Assembly (NCBI GenBank): GCA_041548245.1
Contig: JBFESZ010000007.1
Span: forward strand, 1-39,786
DNA length: 39,786 nucleotides
Source: Sulfurimonadaceae bacterium
Lineage (GTDB): Bacteria; Campylobacterota; Campylobacteria; Campylobacterales; Sulfurimonadaceae
Direction of reading: 5' to 3'
Shown here: positions 18,942-28,193 of the stretch, piece after piece
Layout: the number at the start of each line of letters is the position of its first letter
Numbering within the stretch: the stretch's first letter is position 1
Translations under genes and position numbers: made by a program
The notes under the pieces: generated by a model
Told to the model about the DNA's origin: nothing
The model's input: only the letters and a program-made list of their open reading frames with translations
The model's database searches: none

Positions 18942-20408
18942 TACAAAAGAGAGTATCTCTTTTTCTATATCCTCTTTATCAATAATCGTCGTCTGTGTCA
19001 CTTCTTTATCAAACAGTTCATTGATCATTGCCGGAATACTTACACCAGCTTTAGCAGCAATAGACTTCAATGCATCGATATCATGAGCATCTACTTCGCC
19101 GGTCAAAGCGTTGGCAATGGTCGGAGAAAACTTTGTCCATTCTGCTGTTGAGTAAGCGATTGTCTTAATACCTTTTTTGGCACAGGTATCATTGGCTTTG
19201 AAACAGGTCGCTGTATGCGGATCCATCAAATAACCGTTCTCGAACGCAGATTTGATATATGCTTTACCCTCATCTCCTGTACAGAAATCAGCAGAGAAAA
19301 CACTCTGAAGAGTATACAGTTCATCAGATGTCAACTCATAGACATTTTTTTCCTGCAGGTCAGCCATCAACTCTTTTGTACGGCTGGAGCCAAACATATC
19401 GAATAAGACACGCTCGACATTGGACGACTTCAAGATGTCCATCGCTGGTGAAGTTGTCGAAACGACACTCGAGTCTCGGAGGTCATATTTTCCGTTATTG
19501 ATCAAACGCGTCAAGACATTGTTCTCGTTTGATGCGATGATGATCTTTTCAACAGGCAGTCCCATCTTCATCGCATAATACCCGCCAAGCGCATTACCGA
19601 AATTTCCGCTTGGAACGTTCAGATAGACCTTTTCACCCATTTTGATTTCGTTTTGACGTACAAGTTCAAGATAAGAGTGGATGTGATAAATGATCTGAAA
19701 GATGATACGCCCAAAATTCACAGAGTTCGCAGCTGATAAAGAGATATGATCTTCCTTCAACTTAGCCTTAAAGCTTTCCGATGCCAACAGTGACTTCAAT
19801 GCATTTTGTGCATCATCAAAATCGCCCTTGATACCAATCACCTTAAGATTAGCCGCATCTTCGGTGACCATCTGAAGACGCTGTACATCCGATGTTCCAC
19901 CATCAGGATAAAGACAGGCAACCTGTACGTTCGAACGGTTTTTAAAAGTCTCTAAAGCAGCCGGGCCGGTATCACCACTTGTCGCGGCAAGAATAAGGTA
20001 TTTCTCATTTTTTTTCTGTGCGATCGATGAGAGGACAACACCAAATGGCTGCAGTGCCATATCTTTGAATGCACGTGTCGGCCCGTGATACAGTTCACTG
20101 ACATACATCTCATCGCTCACTTTAACGACAGGTACCGGATTGCTGGCGTCGTCAAAGTTGTCATAAAGGTCCAATGCCTCGTACAGAACATCTTTATCGA
20201 TATCAATACCAAATGCACGCAGCATATCCATCGCCATTACCTTATAGCTTGAATCACGATGTTTCTCTAAAAACACCTGTCCGAGATCAGGAAGCTTCAA
20301 AGGTACATACAGACCCCCGTAAGAAGCTATGGGGCTCAAAATAGCTTGCGAAAAACTAACATTATAAGGTAAAACACCATCATTACCGCGAGTTTCAATA
20401 AATTTCAT
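18939..20408 (-). CDS. thrC: Threonine synthase
   Basis: MKFIETRG, ELYHGPTRAFKDMAL (PLP lysine), ATSGDTG, ANSVNFGRI, VPSGNFGN. TATAAT on the minus strand at 20435-20440 argues against the tracked TTG 20435 start. Confidence 0.96.
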   Translation of the reverse strand: MKFIETRGNDGVLPYNVSFSQAILSPIASYGGLYVPLKLPDLGQVFLEKHRDSSYKVMAMDMLRAFGIDIDKDVLYEALDLYDNFDDASNPVPVVKVSDEMYVSELYHGPTRAFKDMALQPFGVVLSSIAQKKNEKYLILAATSGDTGPAALETFKNRSNVQVACLYPDGGTSDVQRLQMVTEDAANLKVIGIKGDFDDAQNALKSLLASESFKAKLKEDHISLSAANSVNFGRIIFQIIYHIHSYLELVRQNEIKMGEKVYLNVPSGNFGNALGGYYAMKMGLPVEKIIIASNENNVLTRLINNGKYDLRDSSVVSTTSPAMDILKSSNVERVLFDMFGSSRTKELMADLQEKNVYELTSDELYTLQSVFSADFCTGDEGKAYIKSAFENGYLMDPHTATCFKANDTCAKKGIKTIAYSTAEWTKFSPTIANALTGEVDAHDIDALKSIAAKAGVSIPAMINELFDKEVTQTTIIDKEDIEKEILSFV

Positions 20409-20464
20409 ATTCATCCATCTAACATTTTTTTGCAATTATAACGTAACTCAAACACTACCCGAGA

Positions 20465-22411
20465 TTAATGCTCAAGATACCTCTGTTTAGCCGTGTCATT
20501 TAGACCGGTCAGTTTTCTTGCGACCTTATGCATCGCCTCTTTTGCCTTATAGTCATCCTCAACACTGCTGATCAAACCCGTACCCATCCATAAAGCGTAG
20601 ATAGTGTTGTAGTTGATGGATTCAACGACCAACAGCCAATTGAGTGTTTTAATATAAGGATCGTATATCGAACCTTCAAACGTCTCCAGGACACTATACG
20701 GCTGCAAGACATCCCTGTTTTTACCGATACTATAGGGAACATATATAAGCATGGCAAAAATCAGAAGTTTTGTTGCCGTCTTAGCCAAAAACATCATGAT
20801 CGATGTGCTTTTATGAAAGGCTAAAAACAGCATCAAGACAATAACACTGACCAGGTTCAGCAAACCGGCGACCAATGATAAAAAGATAGCAAACGGAGGG
20901 ATATAGAGCATCTTAATGGCAGTATCTCCAAATTCTGCCAACTTATACTCAAAATCTTTTTCCTCAGGAAAAGCCTGATCATAATATTTTTCACGTAACA
21001 TGGGCTTATAGAGACGGTCATAAAATCCTGTAAGATCACCCTCCAATATCATTTGATACATGATTTGACTATATTTTTTCTGTTCATACTGAGCCATGAT
21101 CTCTTTTTTATACAGGGCTGCAAACTCATTGAATGAGAGTCCTATCTTAATGTTCTTCATCCCTGTTTTGTTTTCAAACTCTTTTTGAAACTTATGTTTC
21201 TTCTCCTGGAACAACTCGTCGACACGCTTCATATAACCGGCGATATACTCTTTTTTAGAGTAATTAAAACTTGATTTGACAGCCATTCCTTCTTGGCGTA
21301 GTTGATCGATCACTTTTTGACGGACAAGAGGATGTTTAAAGTACTGTTTTTGTGAGAGGTTCAGCGGCAGTCCATTGTATTTTCTGTCCCAATCCGCCTT
21401 TGTCTCCTCTTCTATCACCTGCAGTACACGTCTTGTCGAAGGACATGCAGTACCTTCGCACCAACGCTGAGGGTCAATATCACCTTGGTTGAAATATTTC
21501 ATCATCACGGTATCGTATTCGTTTTTACTCATTGTCGAACTATCTTGGGAAAAATACTCAATCAACTCAAGGTTCAAATCTTTTGACTTAGAAAGGTTCG
21601 CATTTAAAATATTGGTGTATTGTCGAACGTTGATACGGTACTTCGTATACTCACGCTTGATTGCCTTTGTAAACTTGATGTATTTCTCATTAAGCTGTAC
21701 GGGAGAATCTATACGTGAGAACTCTTGATTGATCTTGTCTATCCCATCACTGTAAATATCCCAATTCTCCTGAATACGCAATGCCATATCCTCAAAACGG
21801 TATCGTGCTTTGTCATAGTCTTCTTGAAAATATTTATGGATATAGATATCGAAGAAGCTCTCTTTACCGCGTTGAACAAACTTTTTTATCAATTCTTTAT
21901 CGATCTGTGTCAACAAGAACAGGTTCGATATCATGACCTTGTCATAAATAGAAAGGTTCGCAAGGTTCTCTTTCGGAATGAAAGTGGAATAACCCAGTTT
22001 TCCCGTAAGCATGCCATATTTAAAGAGTTCAATATAATAGGACTCATAGCGTTTGTCTTTATTTTGCTGAACAATCTCATAAACTGCCTTGCTTAGACCT
22101 TTATGTACGCCGACATAGGTAGAAACACTAAGTATCACGACAACCATGATCATAACACCCTGATGAAACTCCAAAAACTTTTTTGCCAGCAAATAATACA
22201 AAGGGATTAGTAACAGTGTTATCCCTACAGAACTGACGCGGTTGCCAAATGACTCCAAGCGTTCCAATAGTGTCTTATCCACATGGGTAGACGTAACGAC
22301 ATCGATGACAAAACCATTATAATAGGACTCAAATCCAAGGTAAACAAGCTTGGCTATGATCAGTGAGACCATAAAGTAAAATCCCATCTTAGGAAGTTGC
22401 AGTGTTCGCAT
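20465..22411 (-). CDS. Hypothetical polytopic membrane protein, 648 aa
   Basis: Three N-terminal hydrophobic helices, a large K/E/Y-rich helical soluble region with a CEGTAC cysteine pair, and two to three C-terminal helices. TAATG-coupled to the upstream lipoprotein gene. Confidence 0.8.
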   Translation of the reverse strand: MRTLQLPKMGFYFMVSLIIAKLVYLGFESYYNGFVIDVVTSTHVDKTLLERLESFGNRVSSVGITLLLIPLYYLLAKKFLEFHQGVMIMVVVILSVSTYVGVHKGLSKAVYEIVQQNKDKRYESYYIELFKYGMLTGKLGYSTFIPKENLANLSIYDKVMISNLFLLTQIDKELIKKFVQRGKESFFDIYIHKYFQEDYDKARYRFEDMALRIQENWDIYSDGIDKINQEFSRIDSPVQLNEKYIKFTKAIKREYTKYRINVRQYTNILNANLSKSKDLNLELIEYFSQDSSTMSKNEYDTVMMKYFNQGDIDPQRWCEGTACPSTRRVLQVIEEETKADWDRKYNGLPLNLSQKQYFKHPLVRQKVIDQLRQEGMAVKSSFNYSKKEYIAGYMKRVDELFQEKKHKFQKEFENKTGMKNIKIGLSFNEFAALYKKEIMAQYEQKKYSQIMYQMILEGDLTGFYDRLYKPMLREKYYDQAFPEEKDFEYKLAEFGDTAIKMLYIPPFAIFLSLVAGLLNLVSVIVLMLFLAFHKSTSIMMFLAKTATKLLIFAMLIYVPYSIGKNRDVLQPYSVLETFEGSIYDPYIKTLNWLLVVESINYNTIYALWMGTGLISSVEDDYKAKEAMHKVARKLTGLNDTAKQRYLEH

Positions 22412-23394
22412 TAAATCCCCTCGCTAAAATCGATAAACTCTTCATGTTCGGGAAGCTGTGTTGTCGTTTTAAAGTCTCTTTTGAGATCTTTTATCTCGAT
22501 CTCGTGTTTTTTGACCTTTATATTCCCCTGCGCGTCGAACTCTGCATTCTCACTGAAAATAAAGATCTTGTATTCTCCCGTTATGGTTTTGTATTTACCC
22601 GTTCGATAGATGTCTTCGGTATGTGCGACAGCATAATGCATGTCCGCATCGTCCGGAAGGTACAACACCGATGTTGTAGGAATATTAAAATCTTCACGCT
22701 GAGCACGCAAACGCGTAAAAAGCTCCGTATTCAGCAAAGCAATTGTCTTAAGCAGCTCTTCATTACTCGTATCTGACTTTCGCTCGCTTAATACCGGAGC
22801 AACAATATCGTAGACATAGTCAGTATCAATCACTTCGACCTCGACGCGTCCGTCGAAGGCTGCCACCACATCATTCTCATCAACTTTACGACCTTTAGGT
22901 GTATACACGCTTCGCGTCTTAAGAACAAATCCGCTGGCTTGAACATTATTGATATCTTCAATTATGCCGCTTTTTTTCTCTAGTTCATCAGTGTATATCG
23001 GTGTCTTCACCGCATCCAGGAACACCACTTCATACTTTTTAATATGTGAGCTTGAGGCATCACCATCTACCACAAATCCGCTACTTTTGAGATGGATACT
23101 CTTAATGATATAAGGCTTGTCAAAACGGTATTCGATAAAGGGAAGTTCTTGTTCATCAAAAACGAATTCACCATTGAAGGAGGTACCCTTTAATTCACGC
23201 ATATTGTTAAGACCGATCTTTGGCGTAACCTTCTTGTAGGCTTTGTGTAGAACTTCTTTTCGAACAGGAAGGGATTGTTTAAACAGATCGATCTCCGACG
23301 AGACAAGAACAGGATCCGTTTCAATAGCAGCCTCTTTTTTACTGCAGCCGAATATAAAGACTAAAACGAAAAGAAGAGTTATTATTTGTTTCAT
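22411..23394 (-). CDS. Hypothetical lipoprotein, possible discoidin/galactose-binding-like domain
   Basis: MKQIITLLFVLVFIFGC signal and lipobox from ATG 23394 (AGAGG SD). FIEYRFDKPYIIKSIHL...IKKYEVVF resembles the F5/8-type-C strand pattern (by eye). Confidence 0.75.
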   Translation of the reverse strand: MKQIITLLFVLVFIFGCSKKEAAIETDPVLVSSEIDLFKQSLPVRKEVLHKAYKKVTPKIGLNNMRELKGTSFNGEFVFDEQELPFIEYRFDKPYIIKSIHLKSSGFVVDGDASSSHIKKYEVVFLDAVKTPIYTDELEKKSGIIEDINNVQASGFVLKTRSVYTPKGRKVDENDVVAAFDGRVEVEVIDTDYVYDIVAPVLSERKSDTSNEELLKTIALLNTELFTRLRAQREDFNIPTTSVLYLPDDADMHYAVAHTEDIYRTGKYKTITGEYKIFIFSENAEFDAQGNIKVKKHEIEIKDLKRDFKTTTQLPEHEEFIDFSEGI

Positions 23395-23616
23395 CAGACC
23401 TCTTTCATCATAAAATTGTTCCAAGAATAATTAAATATACCTAACAGCTAGATAATGGCAGATTATGTTTGTATAAAAGTATCAATTTCTTTTCTTTTTT
23501 TCACACCTTTCCTCTTCGATTCACTCATAATAAACCCTCGTGAGCAAAACTATATAATTTTTTTTAAGTATTAATTTAAATTATAAGAGTACAATGAACT
23601 GATGTAGGAGAATCTC

Positions 23617-24597
23617 ATGCATGTACTAATTACAGGAGGGGCCGGTTTTATCGGCTCACATTTAGCCGAGTTTCATTTAAAACGCGGAGACCGTGTTCAT
23701 GTTGTAGACGACCTATCGACAGGCCGACTCGAAAATATCACTGCTTTAATGGATCATGACGACTTTATATTTGACAAGGCCGACATCCTAATATGGGGCG
23801 AATTTGAAAAAGCAATAGCCTGGGCAGACAGGATTTACCATATGGCCGCCGTCGTTGGCCTTTTCAAAGTACTCGCCGAACCGATCTCCGTTTTAGCAAC
23901 CAATATCTCTGGGTGCGAACGGCTTTTACGTTTTTTACATAAAAGTCATTGGAACACGAAGGTGATTCTAGCCTCCTCATCAGAAGTGTACGGCAACCGA
24001 CCTGGCCGCGTCGCTCTAAATGAGAAAATGGAACTCTTGGTCAGTCCGGACATGAACACGCGTTGGAACTACTCCTTGAGTAAACTTGCCGATGAAGCAC
24101 TTGGACTCTCCTATGCGCGCCAATATGGAATGGATATCACCATCGTGCGTTTTTTCAATGTCGTAGGCCCGAACCAGACAGGTAAATATGGCATGGTTGT
24201 TCCACGTTTTGTCAAACAGGCCGTCCACGGTGAAGCAATTACCGTTTTTGGAGACGGCAAGCAGGTACGTGCCTTTATGGACGTTCGAGATGCCGTTGAC
24301 ATCCTGGACAGGCTTTCAATAAGCCCAAAAAGCAAAGGTGAAGTTGTCAATGTCGGATGCAGTGGAGAGATCACCATTGAAGGACTTGCCAAGCTGGTCA
24401 AAGAGCATGCCAAAAGTGACTCTCCTATTACCTTTACACCTTATAAAGAAGCCTATGGTGATACGTTTGATGAGATATATCACCGTAAAGCGGACCTGAC
24501 AAAACTGAAAGAGCTCATTCCATACGAGCCTAAATGGTCACTTGAAAAGACCCTAGATGACCTCATCTTACGCCAAACTATCACAAAGGATTCATAA
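23617..24597 (+). CDS. NAD-dependent NDP-sugar epimerase/dehydratase/decarboxylase (extended SDR)
   Basis: TGGAGFIG, SSSEVYG, RWNYSLSK (YxxxK), RFFNVVGP, VFGDGKQVR; AGGAG SD. Confidence 0.93.
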   Translation: MHVLITGGAGFIGSHLAEFHLKRGDRVHVVDDLSTGRLENITALMDHDDFIFDKADILIWGEFEKAIAWADRIYHMAAVVGLFKVLAEPISVLATNISGCERLLRFLHKSHWNTKVILASSSEVYGNRPGRVALNEKMELLVSPDMNTRWNYSLSKLADEALGLSYARQYGMDITIVRFFNVVGPNQTGKYGMVVPRFVKQAVHGEAITVFGDGKQVRAFMDVRDAVDILDRLSISPKSKGEVVNVGCSGEITIEGLAKLVKEHAKSDSPITFTPYKEAYGDTFDEIYHRKADLTKLKELIPYEPKWSLEKTLDDLILRQTITKDS

Positions 24598-25985
24598 TGG
24601 CAGCCACACCCTATTTTGTTTTAAGCCCAAACCTCGTCTTAAGTATCATAGGGATGCTTCATGGTCCGGACAAGACTGTGCCAACCCCGGCTGAAGATTG
24701 GCATGAAGCAACAGTTGACGTGGTTATTCCGGCATTGAACGAAGAGAGAAATATCGTTCTTTGTCTCGAATCTGTCATGCGTCAGACATTGAAGCCTACT
24801 CGTATTATTTTAATCGACGACGGCAGTAATGATAAAACTGTTGAGTATGCGCAAACCTTTTGCGATGATAATCAAATGGCTATTACGATTATTCATAGAG
24901 ACCATCCCATAGGTAAGACACCCACAATCAAGCGTCAGGCCAGAGAGTTTGATTCCGATGTTGAGTTTATTCTTGATGCAGACACCTATCTTGAATCTAA
25001 TGATTACATCGAACGTACCGTCAAGGAACTTTATCAAGCTGTCGGTATAGCAAGTGCTTGTGGAACGATAATGCCACTACGTGACAAAGACCGGAAACAG
25101 AGGCTTGAAACGGATTCAATCAAAAATTTCAGGCATAAATATCCCTATGCCCACATGCTGCCAAAACAGGATTTTTTCCATATTCTGATGCGTCGTATGA
25201 GTAATATATACCGTGATGTCCTTTATGTCTTTTTACAAAAATTTGTCTATCACGGACAAATGGTCTTCTTTGGCTCCATCACAAACCCGGTAGGATGTGC
25301 AGTCGCCTATAGACGAAAATACATCAAAGAGCTTTTTGAGCAGTATGAACCGATATTCGGTGATGATTTGACAAATTCCGAAGATATTTTCATAGGGTTT
25401 GCCCTGCTCAAGCACGGATACAGAAACATCCAGCTTATGGATGTGTATGCACGTTCTCAGGAACCTGAAGCGGAATATCTGCCTAAGGAGATATATATGT
25501 GGTCCTCCTCCTTTATGCAAAGCTGCTATTATTTTGATGATCTGGTACGCAGTCCGATCAAATCTTTCCGACGATATCTCTATCATCGAAAGGTAGAAAA
25601 GGAGCATGGAAAAGATATCCAGAAGATGCGCAAGATCAAAGAACCCTATCGCGAGGCTTTTGGTGATAATGTGACGCTTCAGTATGGACGGCCTATGGGA
25701 TGGGTAATCTTCGTGTCACTTTTGGAAAAGACGCTTTACCCAACTACCCTGTTAATGTTTATTATGTTTCAAGCATGGGAAATTCTGGGTCTTACCGTAG
25801 CACTTGAGACACTAATTTCTGTTACCATACTTACTGCCATCAGTAAAGGGAATCGTCTTGTTTATTTTGTTAAAGGAATTGTCGCGACACCTATGCGGTA
25901 TTTAAGTATTCTATTCGACCTTTACACCATGACTCGATTTGCCATTGATATCTGGTTTACGAAAAAGAAAGGATGGAGAAAATGA
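24597..25985 (+). CDS. Membrane GT2 glycosyltransferase, processive-synthase-like
   Basis: VVIPALNEE, IDDGSND, GK, LDADT (DxD), GCAVAYRR, SED, EIYMW at the QxxRW position, C-terminal TM helices. Confidence 0.9.
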   Translation: MAATPYFVLSPNLVLSIIGMLHGPDKTVPTPAEDWHEATVDVVIPALNEERNIVLCLESVMRQTLKPTRIILIDDGSNDKTVEYAQTFCDDNQMAITIIHRDHPIGKTPTIKRQAREFDSDVEFILDADTYLESNDYIERTVKELYQAVGIASACGTIMPLRDKDRKQRLETDSIKNFRHKYPYAHMLPKQDFFHILMRRMSNIYRDVLYVFLQKFVYHGQMVFFGSITNPVGCAVAYRRKYIKELFEQYEPIFGDDLTNSEDIFIGFALLKHGYRNIQLMDVYARSQEPEAEYLPKEIYMWSSSFMQSCYYFDDLVRSPIKSFRRYLYHRKVEKEHGKDIQKMRKIKEPYREAFGDNVTLQYGRPMGWVIFVSLLEKTLYPTTLLMFIMFQAWEILGLTVALETLISVTILTAISKGNRLVYFVKGIVATPMRYLSILFDLYTMTRFAIDIWFTKKKGWRK

Positions 25986-27784
25986 GACTACTACTTATAT
26001 TATTCATCATAGCATCGATTCTGTCTGCAGCTGAAAATGATATACCAGAAGCTGGATTAAAAGCAGAGATGCAAGGGGAATGGACTAGTGCTGTACAAGT
26101 CTATGAAGAGATTGTGACTTCTGATCCAACACGCATTGATCTTTTTCTCAGACTCAGTGATATCTATAGTAAACTCAATGATTATTCACGTGCAAACGAG
26201 TCATTACAAAAAGCGATAGAGCATAATCCGAACAATGCTGCTTTATATGCAAAACAATCACAGATACTGGCTGTCAACAGACAACCTAATGCAGCACTCT
26301 CTGCTATAAAAAAGGCTGTTGCCCTTGAACCAGACAATATCCAATACCTTCGTTCCCAGGCAACGATTGCCAATTGGAACAATGACTATGATCTCGCAGT
26401 ACAAAGTTACAAAACTATTTATGCTATAAACAAAGATCATCAAGTCCTTATGCAGATTGCCCTTTCAAACTCCTGGAGCGGCCACCTTGACATCGCAGCA
26501 AAAAGTTTTGAAGAGTACCTGGCCATTCATCCTGAAGAAAAAAATGCGTATGTCCATTATGCCAGAACAGAGATATGGCGAGGAAATTATCCTCAAGCGG
26601 AAAAGATTCTTGACACCTATGTCAAAAAGTTTGGAGGCAATGATGAAATTCGAAAAATACGTGCCGATCTCTACGCTAGAGCAGAGTGGCCTGATGCTTC
26701 TCATGAACTGTATACACCACTGATTGATAAAGAGCCGAATGATTATATGCTTAACTATACACGGACCTTGGCTCTTTTTCATGATCAAAAGCCTCTAGAG
26801 GCGATAGAAAGTCTGAAAAAAGTCGAGAGTCTCCAACCTCAGAGTAAAGACAGTATGGATCTTCGCAAGTTTATCCTAACAAAATATCGTTCTAATATTG
26901 AGGGAAGTGGATTCTATTCTAAAGATAACGATGATATTGAACATACCATATTATCACTTTATGGGCACTACTATATCAATCCAAAGACCTCTATCTTTGC
27001 AGGCACAGAGTATGACAGACTTCGAACACGTCCTTCAAGTACCTATATTAATATTGATGGGAGCCGTTCAAGTTCTGTAACACGTGGAGGTATTGGTGTG
27101 TCGCATCGTGCAAATGAAAACCTTGGATTTGACCTTTTACTCGGTCAAGAGGATGCAGATTATGATTCGACAATCCTTGTACGTGCCAATGCAAGGATTG
27201 ATATCAACGATAAGAGCACCTTATTTCTTAATGCTTCACATGGGTTTTATATGATTTCACCCCGTTCAGTCTCTTTAGGCGTTAAACGCTTACATTCTAG
27301 TGCTTTACTCGAGTTAAGGCCAAATCTAAGCGATACAGTCTTGCTACAAGGGGAGTATGACCTTTTCTCTCAGAACAACACACGATGGAGCGGTATGATT
27401 GCACCAAGGCATGCCGTTGTAAGAAGAGAGTCCTGGAGTATGGACCTTGGAGTAAAGGCATGGCTGTTTGGGTATGACAAAAATCTAAACCAGGGGTACT
27501 ATGACCCTAAACTTTTTGAAAGTTATATGGGAACAGCATACCTAAACTATCGTTTTTCTCAAGACAATGAACTTTTTATGATGGCGGGATTTGGTATCAT
27601 TAAAGATGATACCCTAGGCTCTTATCGACCCGGTGGTAATATCGATCTTATCGGTACGATTGGGATATATCAAGATTGGCAACTACAAGCGCGTACTGGA
27701 TATATGAACAATCAACGTGATGTTTGGAATGATGATTTTTATGACATCTATTATGTAGGATTATCCATCCTACGCAGATTTTGA
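25982..27784 (+). CDS. TPR-repeat plus outer-membrane beta-barrel protein (PgaA/BcsC/NfrA/YaiO-like architecture)
   Basis: Sec signal peptide, roughly 8 TPR-like repeats (P.N turns; NWNNDYDLA, SWSGHLDIA, IWRGNYPQA), alternating aromatic beta-strands, terminal YVGLSILRRF with C-terminal Phe. ATGA overlap with the GT2 stop. Confidence 0.85.
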   Translation: MRLLLILFIIASILSAAENDIPEAGLKAEMQGEWTSAVQVYEEIVTSDPTRIDLFLRLSDIYSKLNDYSRANESLQKAIEHNPNNAALYAKQSQILAVNRQPNAALSAIKKAVALEPDNIQYLRSQATIANWNNDYDLAVQSYKTIYAINKDHQVLMQIALSNSWSGHLDIAAKSFEEYLAIHPEEKNAYVHYARTEIWRGNYPQAEKILDTYVKKFGGNDEIRKIRADLYARAEWPDASHELYTPLIDKEPNDYMLNYTRTLALFHDQKPLEAIESLKKVESLQPQSKDSMDLRKFILTKYRSNIEGSGFYSKDNDDIEHTILSLYGHYYINPKTSIFAGTEYDRLRTRPSSTYINIDGSRSSSVTRGGIGVSHRANENLGFDLLLGQEDADYDSTILVRANARIDINDKSTLFLNASHGFYMISPRSVSLGVKRLHSSALLELRPNLSDTVLLQGEYDLFSQNNTRWSGMIAPRHAVVRRESWSMDLGVKAWLFGYDKNLNQGYYDPKLFESYMGTAYLNYRFSQDNELFMMAGFGIIKDDTLGSYRPGGNIDLIGTIGIYQDWQLQARTGYMNNQRDVWNDDFYDIYYVGLSILRRF

Positions 27785-27872
27785 CAGGAGTCATCATGAC
27801 GAAGGTTCTTGACTAGATGAAAATGTGTTTAATTTCAAAACAATTTTAATGATGAATGAAGGTAAGACGTAT

Positions 27873-28193
27873 TTATGCATTATCAAATGAAAGCGATGCT
27901 AATACCCAATCACGATATTCAGAAGAGACATCAGATATAGGCGTAGCGACAATCTCAGGAAGATCGTAAGGGTGAATTTCTTTAATACGTCTTTCAACGA
28001 CCTTGAACTTTGAAGCATCTGTTTTGATCAGAAGAAGAAGTTCACTCTCCTCACAAAACTCTCCTTCATAGATGTAATACGATTTTACCTTTGGAATCTG
28101 ATTTACACAGGCACATAGACCTTCTGTAACAAGAGCCCGCGCTATCTTTTGGGCCACTTCATCATCCGGTACCGTACAAAAGATAACTAGCAT
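27873..28193 (-). CDS. cutA: Divalent-cation tolerance protein CutA
   Basis: CTVPD, LCACVN, EESELLLLIKT, HPYDLPEI. Confidence 0.93.
   Translation of the reverse strand: MLVIFCTVPDDEVAQKIARALVTEGLCACVNQIPKVKSYYIYEGEFCEESELLLLIKTDASKFKVVERRIKEIHPYDLPEIVATPISDVSSEYRDWVLASLSFDNA

Noticed and set aside
23405-23475. TGGCAG (+) and TGGAAC (-) as possible sigma-54 promoters for the island
   Set aside because: GC is not found 10 nt after GG in either case.
20441-27872. Attachment sites or target-site duplication flanking the accessory block
   Set aside because: Only a 5-nt ACGTA match at both ends, expected by chance; no recombinase gene.
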